From NCBI RefSeq assembly GCF_004010195.1, contig NC_057719.1, positions 14,820,481-14,884,480 on the forward strand: a stretch of DNA of 64,000 nt, written 5' to 3'. A program made the translations under genes and the position numbers. A model generated the notes under the pieces. It was not told the origin of the DNA. It made no database searches and was given only the letters and a program-made list of their open reading frames with translations. Below are positions 36,538 through 47,864 of this stretch, in pieces (position 1 is the first letter of the stretch; the number at the start of each line of letters is the position of its first letter). Source of the stretch: Chiloscyllium plagiosum (Eukaryota).

Positions 36538-36847
36538 AGTGGTGGCACAGTGGCTAGCACTGTTGCCTCACAGCACCAGGGACCCGGGTTCAATTCCAGC
36601 CTCGGGCAACTGTCTGTTTGGAGTTTGCACGTTCTCCCCCCATGTCTGCGTGGGTTTGCTCTGGGTACTCCGGTTTCCTCCCACAGTCCAAAGATGTGCA
36701 GGTTAGGTGACTTGGCTATGCTAAATTGCCCATAGTGTTAGTTGCATTAGTCAGGGATAAATGGGTCTGGGTGGGTTACTCTTCGAAAGGTCAGTGTGGA
36801 CTTGTTGGGTCGAAGGGCCTGTTTCCATACTGTAGGGAATCTAATCT
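36538..36847 (+). mobile_element. HE1-like V-SINE
   Basis: ggtggcacagtggctagcac..gggttcaattcc..ctgtagggaatctaatct. Confidence 0.9.
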
Positions 36848-37140
36848 CACTCATTTACTTATCATATCTGAATTATTTTCTCTTTTTTCATCCTTAACTT
36901 TTAGCCACATCATCTTTTCTGATTTTCTTTTCTCTCTCTCTGTCTAGAAGTCAAGCATTAGCATTCCCTTATTCATTTCAATGCTTTTGCTGTTCCTTGT
37001 CCTCCTTCGCCAGTGTACACCTTTCTGCTTTCATCTCTGTTGTCATTTTTCTTTCTCTTTCTTCCTACACACATACCAATTCATTTTTTTGTTCAATTTT
37101 CCATTTTTCCAGCTCTTGTTTTTTTCCTTCGTCATATCAT

Positions 37141-39150
37141 CAGAGCACCCTTTGGTTCAACTTGTCCATGCTGACCAGACATCCCAATCTGACCTAATTC
37201 CATTTGTCAGCACTTGGCCCATATCCCTCTAAACCGTTCCTATTCACATACCCAACCAGATGTCTTTTAAATGTTGTAATTGTACCAGCCTCTACCACTT
37301 CCTCTGGCAGCTAATTCTATATAGGCACCACCCTCTGTGGGAAAAAGCTCTCCCTCAAGTCCATTCTAAATCTTTCCCCTTTCACCTTAAACCTATGTCC
37401 TTTAGTTTGGACTCTCCCACCAAGGCGAAAGAGTTTCGTTATTTACCCTATTCATGCCCCTCATTATTTCATAAATCTTTATAAGGTCACCCCTCAGTCT
37501 CAAAAGCTCCAGGTCCACACTGACCTTTCGAAGAGTAACCCACCAAGACCCATTCCCTATATTTATCCCTGACTAATGCACCTCAAACCCTCCAGTCCCA
37601 ACAATATTCATGTAAATCTTTTCTACGCCCTCTCAAGTTTAACATCATCCTTCCTATAGAAGGGCAATCAGAATTGTATAGAATAGTCAAAGTGATCTTA
37701 CCAATGCCCAGTACAGCCACAACATGACATTCCATCTCCTATACTCAATGTTTTGACCAATGAAGGCAAGTGTGCCAAATGCCTTCTTCACTACCCTGTC
37801 TACCTGTAACTCCACTTTCAAGGAACAGTGTGACCCACTTTCATACCTGGGTCTCTTGGTTGGCAAAATCTCCAGGGCCCTACCATTACCTGTATAAGTC
37901 CTGTCCTGGTTTGCCTGGGCAAATGCAACATCGCACATTTATCTAAATTAAACTGTATCTTCCACTCCTCAGTCCATTGGCTGATCTGATCAAGGTCCCA
38001 ATTACTTTGAGATCATCTTTTTCACTCTCTACTACACCACCTATTTTGGTGTCACCTTCAAATTCATGAACCATACCTCTCATGTTCACATACGAATCAT
38101 TTATATAAATGAGAAAAAACGGTGGACCCAGCACCAATCCTTGTGTCACACCCCTGGTCAGAGGTCTCCAGAACGAAAGACAATCCTCTACCACCAGTCC
38201 CTGTCTCCTATTTTCAAGCTGATTTTGTATCCAATTGGCCAGCTCCCCCTGGATCCCATGTGATCTAACTTTACTAAGCAGCTTATTATGCAGAACCATA
38301 TTGAATGCTTTGTGTCACCTCTTCAAAAAACTCAGTCAAATTAGTGAGACACAATTTCCCATGCACTAAGACATACTGACTATGCCTAATCAGTCCTTGC
38401 CGTTCCAACTTCATGTAAATTCTATCCCTCAGTTTCCCCTCTAACAACTTACACACGACTGACATAAAGCTCACCCGTCTATAGTTCCCTGACGTTTCCT
38501 TACAGCCTTCCTCAAATAATGGCCAACCTGCAATCTCCAGTCATGACTTGGAGATGCTGGTGTTGGACTGGAGTGTACAAAGTTAAAAATCACACAACAC
38601 CAGGTTATAGTCCAACAGGTTTATTTGAAGCACTAGCTTTCAGAGTGCCGCTCCTTCATCAGGACAACCACCTGATGAAGAAGCGGTGCTCCAAAATCTA
38701 GTGTTTCAAATAAACCTGTTGGACTATAACCTGGTGTTGTGTGATTTTTAACTCCAATCTCCAGCACCTCACCCATAACTATTGATGATACAAATATCTT
38801 AGCAAGGAGCCCAGAAATTCCTTCCCTAGCTTCCCACAAAGTTCTGGGAAATACCTGATCAGGTAGTCAGAGTTGATCAGACCTCCAGTGCCTCCTCTTC
38901 GATAATAGGGACACTTTTCAAGATATCAATATTTATTTCCCAGATTCCCTGGCTTCCAACTCCTTCTCCACGGTAAATACTGACACAAAATATTCATTTA
39001 GTATCTCACCCATCTCCTGTGGTTCCCCACATTGACGGCCATGCTGATCTTTCAGGGGCTCTCCTCTCTCCCTACTTACTCTTCTGCCCTTAACATATTT
39101 ATAGAATCTCTTTGGATTCTCCTTAACTCTATTTTCCAAAGCTATCTTAT
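37141..39150 (-). mobile_element. Degraded CR1/HER1 LINE with an HE1 tail fragment (about 37512-37585) and a PLE insert
   Basis: KENPKRFYKYV; LTNLTEFFEEVT; GIQGELANWIQN..QGLVLGP; VVKKAFGTLAFI. Confidence 0.9.
38545..38755. mobile_element. Fold-back PLE terminus (P2) with a hammerhead core on each strand
   Basis: Inverted arms of about 80 bp; reverse 38631-38663 cCTGATGA-a-GGAG cggca CTCT-GAAA-GCTA-gtg; forward copy at 38668-38703 is mutated; caatctccag on both flanks. Confidence 0.85.
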
Positions 39151-39944
39151 TTTTATTCCTCATTCCTTTCTAATACATACATTTTCTCTTTCTCCTCTAA
39201 GTTTTTTTTTGCTACTGTACTTTAGCTCATTCTAGCTGTGATAGATCAAATTCAGGTTTCTTCCCTTTTTAGTTCTAAGTGATGAGTAATCACTCTAACT
39301 ACATTAACCTTACAATGTCCTGATTTTATTTCTACCTTCAGTTTATCCACTTACTCTCCCTGATTTGTTGTTAAAGATTTTAAGAAATCCACTCGCAGAG
39401 AATTAGTATCAACAGTCAAGTTGATTTTGAAATTCCAACCCCGATCACATATTTCATTACAACTCCTGTTTCTGTGCCCATCACCTCCCAATATTTTATG
39501 GATTCACAGATTTATCTTGAATTCAATGAATTTCCAGCTCACAAAAGGCCTTCCTTTATTATGATACCAGCTGAGTGAAATCTGTAACATTAGATACTCT
39601 ATTTGTTTTTTTTTTAAATTTATCGGTTAGTTCCTGAATACAGTCATAAGAGATTGCTTGTGTATTTTTAACACAAAGAATAAAATGTTTGTTAAACAAA
39701 ATATACACCATTAACTATCTTATATCTAACAAAATGAAAGGTTGGAAAGCTTTCATTACAGACATCAAAAAGTATTCAAAAGCATACTATTCCTTTTATT
39801 GCAGCAGCACCTTTACAAATATCCAAACCTCAGTGAATTATTACCACAATCTCCACACCAGACTCGGCCTGTTATTGCTGCAATTGGTTTCTTTTCAGTA
39901 AAAGTCTATGCAGTCAAGCGATGCTACTCTCCTTCAGCCAGGAG

Positions 39945-40510
39945 AAGCAAGAGACAAAAAATCTGCAGACGCTGGAATCCAAAGTAGACAGGCAGGAGGC
40001 TGGAAGAACACAGCAAGCCTGAGATCCTTAACATTGCAGCAGTTATCTAAACTCAGTGTCTAGCAGCTTTGCTTTCACTGTCCAGAGGTGCAGAAGTCGA
40101 CTTCTACTTCTTCTGCATCTACTTCGACATCTATTTCTGCACCTCCTGATGCTGCCTGGCTTGCTGTGTTCTCCCAGCCTCCTGCCTGTCTACTTTGGAT
40201 TCCAGCGTCTGCAGATTGTTTTGTCTCTTGCTTTTACTGTCCAACATCCACTGACACAGACCAGTACACTTTCATGGTTGTCATTCTGTGTCACTGGACT
40301 CCTGTCACTAACCATATCTTTAACAAAAACAAATTGCTGGAGAAACTCAGCAGGTCTGGCAGCATCTGTGGAGAGAGAGCAGGGTTAATGGTTTGAGGTC
40401 TCAAAACATTAATTCTGCTGTCTCTCCACAGACACTGTCAGACCTGCTGAAATATTTTCTAGCAACTTTTGGTTTTGTTGCGGATTTCCAGCATCTGCAA
40501 TTCTTTATTT
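39945..40510. mobile_element. Cluster of PLE-like fold-back termini (P4 39945-40228, P3 40320-40510)
   Basis: Inverted arms; ttgctttcactgtcca/ttgcttttactgtcca flank 40085-40227. Confidence 0.65.
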
Positions 40511-40609
40511 TCTTTTTGCACAATCTCTTTTATCTCAACATAAAATAGAAAGTATAAATTCAACTTCAAGCCATACAATGCTCATAACACATAACTGCTT
40601 TAGAAACAG

Positions 40610-41060
40610 TACAAAAAAGATTGTATCCACTCATTCCTGAGGCGAAGGGATTATCTTGTAAAGGAAGTTTGAGCAAGTTGGCTACTCATTGGAGTTTGTG
40701 AGAATGAGAGGTGATCTTATTAAAACATAGGTATTGGATAGTCTGAGTACACAGAGGATGTTTCTTCTAAGGGAGAAAATATCTAGGGGATATGATTAAG
40801 AATAAGGTTTCCCTTTCAAGACAGAAGGAGGAAAATTTGTTTCTTTCAAAGGATCATTAGAGTGTGGTAATAGAGGTTCCTGAGAAGGGAATGGGCATTC
40901 AGTCTTTATATGTATTCAAGGCTGGATTCGATAATGATAGTGAGTCAAAGTTTATAGTATGTTGACAGCAAAATGGATCCAAGACTACAACCCGATCAAT
41001 TATGTTCTTTAGAAATGGTGGAAGTTCCAAATGGCCTCGTCACACTCCAATATTCTTACA
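40610..41060 (+). mobile_element. Degraded CR1 3' end
   Basis: ttggagtttgtgagaatgagaggtgatcttatt...aaatggcctc tail. Confidence 0.6.
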
Positions 41061-41161
41061 AGCAATCTACAAATGCTTACTGTGAAAGGTAAAGTCATCA
41101 TAGTCTTACCAGATCATAGGACCGCGCTCTCATCAGAGAGAGATTACTGGCGGTGGTTTAA

Positions 41162-41268
41162 GTCAAGAGTGTGGTGCTGGAAAAGCACAGCAGGTCAGGC
41201 AGCATCCGACGAGTATGAGAATCGATGTTTCGGGCAAGAGCCCTTCATCAGGAATGAGGCACCAGGAA
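41162..41268 (-). mobile_element. PLE terminus (P1) with hammerhead core
   Basis: Reverse attcCTGATGAagggctcttgcccGAAAcatcgatt; flanked by tggcggtggtttaa/tggtggtggtttaa. Confidence 0.8.
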
Positions 41269-41358
41269 TGGTGGTGGTTTAACCTGATGGTCACCACACC
41301 TCAGGCAAAGGGAGAGGTTGAGAAGTGGCAACTTTAGCTTGCATATGAATTAAACCGT

Positions 41359-41658
41359 TGATTAGATTAGATTCCCTACAGTGTGGAAACAGGCCCTTCG
41401 GCCCAACCAGTCCACACCAACCCTCCGAAGAGTAACCCACTCGAACCCATTTCCCTCTGGCCAATGCACCTAACACTACAGGTAATTTAGAATGGCCAAT
41501 TCACCTGACCTGCACCATCTTTGGACTGCAGGAGGAAACCCACGCAGACACAGGGAGAATGTGCAAACTCCACACAGAGAGACGCCCGAGGCTGGAATCG
41601 AACCTGGGACCCTGGTGCTCTGAGGCAGCAGTGCTAACCACTGAGCCACCATGCCACC
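41359..41658 (-). mobile_element. HE1-like V-SINE
   Basis: Full reverse copy. Confidence 0.9.
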
Positions 41659-42221
41659 AGCCATCCAGACAGCTGAGTGAGTTTTAACAGAGGACCTAGG
41701 CACAAAGAAATCCTTCTAGCAACGTACTTCCTTCCAGACTCAAAAGCCATTCCCTTCAGTGTGATAGCTATATGTCAAATAGCAGTCCTCCTCATGTTTT
41801 GCTGAGAGATGTTAACTATTTGTTACTTATTCTGCAAAATAATTGTCGGTTGAGGCCACCTATAATAATCTCCAAATTGTTCTTAAGTTTTTTTTACTTA
41901 AGACCTTTACAACAAGGGAGGCTTTAATCCAATCAGTATGAGCTACAGTTCAACTCGGGTCCCAAAGGTCAGAAACTATTCATCATACCAGCCAGTCCCA
42001 ATTGTTCTGGCCTTACAATTTCAGCCTTGTTTCTTTCCTCTGTTCTTTCTTTTCTTCCTCCTATCATTCCTTTCTTATTTTATCCATTATTTTGTAGCTC
42101 AGTGCAAAGTCAAATGATTTACCTTTCTGCAAAGCTGAATAGAACAAAACACAAATTAGAAGTTGTTAAAGAAATTCCTCTCCTAGCTGTCAAATTTGGA
42201 ATGATGAATATTGCCAAGGTA

Positions 42222-42224
<3 letters not shown>

Positions 42225-42291
<67 letters not shown>

Positions 42292-42328
42292 ACATGCACA
42301 CACTTGCGCACACACACACACTCACACA
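42225..42328. repeat. Compound microsatellite (CT)26 followed by imperfect (CA)n
   Basis: Read directly. Confidence 0.95.
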
Positions 42329-42519
42329 TCAAATCAATGTTGCACACAGTGGCTCAGTTTCTACCACTTTGTTTGCCTCTTGTCTCCTTCAAGGTGCTGT
42401 CCTTGCATTATTACAGCTGCTTCACATCAACATCTTTCTCTACTCGATAACCAAAACCATATCCAGCTTCTGCTTATAATTCTACTCATTGACTTCTTTC
42501 AGGTCCTACAACATAGGTT

Positions 42520-42700
42520 GATTAGAATCCATACAGTGCAGAAAGAGGCCTTTCAGCCCATCCAGTCTGCGCCAACCCTCCAAAGAGCATCCTACTCACG
42601 TCCCCTAGTTCCCATGGCTAATCCACCGAGCCTGCACATCCCTGGACACTATGGGCAGTTTAGCATGGCCACTCGACCTATGGGCAGTTTAGCATGGCTT
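42520..42700 (-). mobile_element. HE1 SINE 3' fragment with a short tandem duplication
   Basis: atgggcagtttagcatggc occurs twice. Confidence 0.75.
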
Positions 42701-43751
42701 TCCTAAATTGGCCATATATTGTGCTGTGTCAGTTCTACAAGCCAGCAATTGTTAGACATGGGATACCAACATATGTGTTTGTACTGTCTATCGATTGGGC
42801 TGAACTGGATGGGCCTGGTCACCTTTATTGTCCATATTTTTGCACTTTTGCACATGTGCAATACAATTTGGTGCTGAATATAACCTTGACCAACTATGGC
42901 CAAAATATAAATGTGGTCATGATTTAGGCTCTTTCCATGCTCAATAGATCTCACGCCCATATCACCTCACACCAAGACTCCACAAGACTTTAGAATTTGG
43001 TATTAGCATTAATTTTTGAATTGGGCAAATGAGTATAAGGAAAACTTCTTCCCCTCTAAGTGGTCTCACAGGACAATGCCTTCAGGTTTTAGCTATCAAA
43101 TTACAATTTCTAAACAGTCCAATGATTTCATGTGCTACAAATAGGTGAAACAAGCAGTGGTTTCTAGACTGACATGGTATAGTGTGTGTCTCAGAACAAG
43201 CAATATCACAAACTGTCAGCTGGTATATAATATAGAATCATAACAATATATAATGTAACAATATATAATGGAACACTGATCACAAATTAGATAACATAGA
43301 ATCACTCCATTTAATGCACAGAAGTAAACCATGATGAATGTCATTCACACTGCAAGACTTATTGCTTTGACTAACATTTTCAACTTCATTTCAATTTCTT
43401 TGCATTTCCTTAAGAACTTTGCAAGCTCCCTTTCAAAATAGTTATCATTAGAATCTGCTCAGAATGCAGTGGAAATTTAAGGTCAACTCAAAGGCTAGTT
43501 ACCAGTCTGACAGGATATCTTGCAAAAAGTCCACCCATGGCTGTCACCATCATTATACCCATCAACAGAATGGTTCATTCTATATGACAGAGATTATATA
43601 TGTGCTGCTACAACCAACATGATGGGTTCTAAGTGGGAATGGGATTGGATGGGGGGCATATAACTACCACTAGCAGAGTCTGTGAGTTTTAGACAGTCAG
43701 GAACTGGGCACCATACTAACGCAACTCATGAACACTAATTAACTATTTATA

Positions 43752-43868
43752 TTCCTGATGAAGAGCTTGTGCCCGAAAAGTTGACTCTCCTGCCTGACCG
43801 GCTATGTTTTTCCAGTGCCACATTTTGACTCTGATCTCCAGTATCTGCAATCCTCATTTTCTCCTAAC
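43752..43868 (+). mobile_element. PLE terminus (P1) with degenerate hammerhead core
   Basis: ttcCTGATGAagagcttgtgcccGAAAagttg; flanked by aactatttatat/aactatttacat. Confidence 0.75.
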
Positions 43869-43894
43869 AACTATTTACATCAGCTGCAGAGACT

Positions 43895-44050
43895 TTGTTT
43901 TCTTTCTTCACCCGTGGAATATGGGCATTGTTGGCTGGCGAGCATTTATTATGTGTCCCTCGTTGAGAAGGTGGTGGTGAGTTGCTTTCTTGACCCACTG
44001 CAGTCTATGCGCTATAAGTAATGCCAGTAGGGAGGGAACTCTAGGACTTC
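43895..44050 (-). mobile_element. 3' end of the SINE-B partner LINE
   Basis: gcatttatt..gagaaggtggtggtgag.. is the reverse complement of the tail at 47240-47320. Confidence 0.6.
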
Positions 44051-44684
44051 ACTAGAATAATTTTTCCTTTAAGTCCCAGTTGCGTGTGATGTGACATCAG
44101 CGATGGTGCAGTCTAGCAATTAACATTGATCTCGTATCTAGAGAATTCCACTCCAAATTATTTTGACTGTCCTGCTGGATTTCAATCCAAAATTCAGAGT
44201 TTGTGCTGGAAAAATTTATAACACACATGTAAAACATTCATTATTTCAATAGCTCTCCATATGCAAAAGAAAAGCCCACCTCAAATTGATTTCGACAATG
44301 CATAGTTAGAAACATCTGGATCTGACAGGGAATTCTTGTGCAGTGATATCAAACAGAAAGTCCAATTTAGCAGCTGAACATCAAAGGTATGACCCTGCCC
44401 CCGCATTAAGACAACAGCAACATCTTCCATTTATAATTGAAATGTACTTATCTATTTTATTTTAAACAAACAAATATAGTATTCCAAAGAATATGTGTCA
44501 GTCTACATATTTTGTGATGATCAGTGCTGATTTGCAGATAGTTCCACTGTCTGGTTGACTGTGCTTTTCCTGTGAATGTTACAGAATGCAAGCCAATCTC
44601 ATCTGATGTTGCTCATCGTGTTTTTGGCTGAAACTGCAAAATTATAAAGAGAGAGGTTAGCGTTTGGAATTTTCACTGCACTTG

Positions 44685-47325
44685 TAACACAGAGATCTAG
44701 CCTAGTGCTCCAGTGAGGGGAATTCAATCCAGAACTTAAAAAGAGTTAGTCTGATGGCAAACGTTGTTCATTGTTGTAAAAGGTCACTAATGCCACTTTA
44801 GAGAAGAAAATCTGTCAACTTTATCTGGTTTGGACTGCATGTCATTCTAGAACCAAAAAAGTGTGGTTGACTATTAAATACTCCCTGAAAGGGCCTAGCA
44901 AGCCATTCAGTTGTGACTAGCCACTAAAAACAATAACTTGATTTAAACAAGATAGACCGCCCTGCATCAACTAAAGCATCAAAAATGAATGACAACATCA
45001 TGCACAGCTTTATGGATTCTGAAAAATCCTCCATATTGATCACCAGGGGCTTGTGCCAATATTGGAAAAGCTGCTCAAGTACAAGTCAAGCCATAGCCTA
45101 AAACATGCATTCTCACAGAATCACACTGTACAGATAAAGTCTTAGACACTACCATCTCTATCCCTGAGGTGACCATAGGTTAGCATCCCTGCGGTGTACA
45201 GTTGTCACGGAATTGCCTTCAGAGTCCGGAACATTGTCTCTAAACCCCGTGAACTCTCATAACAACAGGTCAACCAGGCACAAGGAAATCTCCTGCTGGT
45301 TGCCACCTACCACTCTGCCCTCAGCTGATGACTCAGTGCTTCTCCATCGGAGACACACTGAGAGTGGCAAAGGTACAGAATCCCTAATTCGGGGACTTCA
45401 ATATCTAGCACCAAGAATTATTTGGTAGCACCACAAATAACCAAGCTATCCATGGGCAAAAAAAATGCCAAACTGTGCCAGTGGCATGTGGTATTGAGGG
45501 AGCCAAGAAGAAACAAAAACAGATGTGACCTCATCCTTACCAATCCACCATTCGCAGATTTGCCTATCCATGACAGTAATAGTAGGAATGACCACCACAC
45601 AGTCAATGAAGAGATGGTATTCTATCTTTACATTAAAGAGACCCTGCACGGTGTTGTGTGGTTTGACCAAAATGCTGAATGGGGCAGATATCAACAAATC
45701 AATCAAATTAAAACTGAGTGTCCATAAGGAGCTGTATTCATTAGCAACAAAATTGTATTCGAAAACAAACTGTAACCTCAAAGCCTGATATCTCACTGCT
45801 CTGCCATTACCACCTCATCCCGGGCTCAATGATGAGTGCAAGAGCAGAACCTGACACGCCGAAAAGCAAGGCATCAACCAGGCGAAGCTACAACACATGC
45901 ATGCCAAACAGAGTAAGTAACACACAGCAGATTGGGAGAAGTGACCTCACAGCCAAAGGATCAGATATAAGTCCTGCAGTCCTGTCATTCCAGTCATTGA
46001 AAGTGATGTAATTTTGAGAAAGAGACTCCACAAATATCACCATTCTCAATAATGGGGGAGTCCAAACATCAGTAAAAGACAAGGCTGAAGCATTCACAAT
46101 GATTTCTGCCAGAAGTATCAAGTACATGATCCAACTCAGCCTCCTTCAAAGCTCCCCAGCAGTACAGATACTAGTATTCAGATTCAATTCACTCCACATG
46201 ATATCAAGAAATGGCTGAAAGCAGTAGATACTGCAAAATCTGTGGGCCTGATAGCATTCCAGCTATAATATTGAATAATTGTGCTCCAGAACTGACTGCA
46301 CCCCTAACCAAGCTGTTCCAGTACAGCTACAATACTAGTATTAACTAGCAATATGTAAATTTGTCTAAATATGTCCTGTCCACAAAAGGCACGACAATTC
46401 CAACCTGGCAAATTATCGCCTCATCAGTCTACTCTCAACCATCAGTAAAGTGATGGAAGGTGTCAACATACAGCACTTGCCCAACAATAACCTGCTCAGT
46501 GACCCCCAGTTTGGGCTCAGCCAGACTCATTCAGCCCCTGACGTCATTACAGCCTTCATACAAACCTGGACAAAAAAGCTGTAACTGTTTGAAGCATGAA
46601 GGAGAATGGAGGGTTGTAAAAGTCAATCATCTCAGCTCCGTGTAATGTCCTTGGCCCAACTATCTTCGACTTCTTCATCAATGATGTCCCTTCCCCATTA
46701 TAAATGTCAGACATTTGCGGATAATTTCACAATGTTCAGCACTATTCACAACTCCTCAGATACTGGTGCAGCCTGTGTCTAAGTACCAAAAGACCTGGAA
46801 AGCACTCAGGCTTGGACTGAGGAAGGGCAAGTAAGATTTGCACTACATAAGTGCCAGGTAATGATCATCTTCAACAAGACAAAAAGCAACCATTGCTCCT
46901 TGGTATTCAGTGACATGATCATCACTCACTATCAATATCATGAGGATTACTGTTGATCTGAAATCACACTGAACCAGCCAAGTAAATACTGCAGCTATAA
47001 AAACAGGTTAGAGGTTCGGATGTCTTCAGTGAGGAACTCACTTCCTGACCCCAAACATCTTTCCATCATCTACAAGTTACAATCACTGGTGTGATGGAAT
47101 ACGCTCTACTTGCTTGGATGAGTGCCACTCCAGCAACACTCAAGAAGACCAACACCATCCAGGACAAAGCAGTTCACTTGATTGGCATCAAATCCTTGTT
47201 GAGAACTCTCTAACAACACCATGGGTGTATCCACTCCCACAGACTGCAGCAATTCAAAAAGATGGTGCACCTTTAGTTAAATTAAAGAGGATGAGGGTTG
47301 GACAATAAATGCTGACCTAAACATA
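44685..47325 (+). mobile_element. Degraded CR1-clade LINE (EN+RT) with a SINE-B-like 5' end
   Basis: SINE-B body at 44700-44915; EN ggggacttcaat (GDFN); RT DTAKSVG..IPAIILNNCAPELTAPLTKLFQYSYN, NYRLISLLSTISKVME, FIND, FADN; tail gacaataaatgctg. Confidence 0.8.
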
Positions 47326-47513
47326 TACCAATAAAAGGACATCCCAAGACACATCACAAGAGCGTTGTCAAATAAAATTTGATACTGAACAACAAAGTAA
47401 GTATCACAACTGCTAGCCAAAACCTCCAGTCCAACAACCATCCCCGCTCCACTCCAAGCTTCCAGTCCGCTCCACACCACCTCTCTGCTACTCCAAGGTT
47501 TTTTATTCTTCTA

Positions 47514-47864
47514 GGCAGCACAGTGGCTCAGTGGTTAGCACTGCTGCCTCACAGTGCCAGGGACCCGGGTTTGATTCCAATTTCAGGCGACTGTCTGTGT
47601 GGAGTTTGCACATTCTCCCTGTGTCTGCGTGGTTTCCTCTGGGTGCTCCGGTTTTCTCCCACAATCTAAAGATGTGCAGGTCAGGTGAATTAGCCATGCT
47701 AAGTTGCCCATAGTGTTCAGAACTGTGTAGGTAAGGAGCATTGGTCAGGGATAAATGTAGAGGAAGAGGGTAGTGGGAATGGATCTGGGCGGCTTACTCT
47801 TCGGAGAGTCGGTGTGGATCTTTTGAGCTGAATGGCCTATTTCCATACTGTAGGGATTCTATGA
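47514..47864 (+). mobile_element. HE1-like V-SINE
   Basis: Full forward copy. Confidence 0.9.

Larger units (their letters stand above)
31140..39580 (-). mobile_element. Decayed Gmr1-like Ty3/Gypsy retrotransposon (gag-PR-INT-RT-RH), interrupted by CR1, SINE and PLE inserts
   Basis: Reverse-strand motifs: gag KLK*PKYVWTLLLQ, YELLPG, QTSVEFAREKE (36060-36330), NCWKLNGRP (about 35715); INT LMRK*TPP..EKWAAVHQ, HKIPMA, PAFED, VCHANM (34500-34800); RT KGYWQV, AFVT, VPFGMKNA, TYLGHTVGQG (31880-32205); RNase H KPFK, ASDVAISAVLLQ, AFSRA (31150-31500). Confidence 0.85.

Noticed and set aside
42027..42479. 150-aa ORF with SL/HT repeats
   Set aside because: Microsatellite read-through plus degraded LINE-like sequence.
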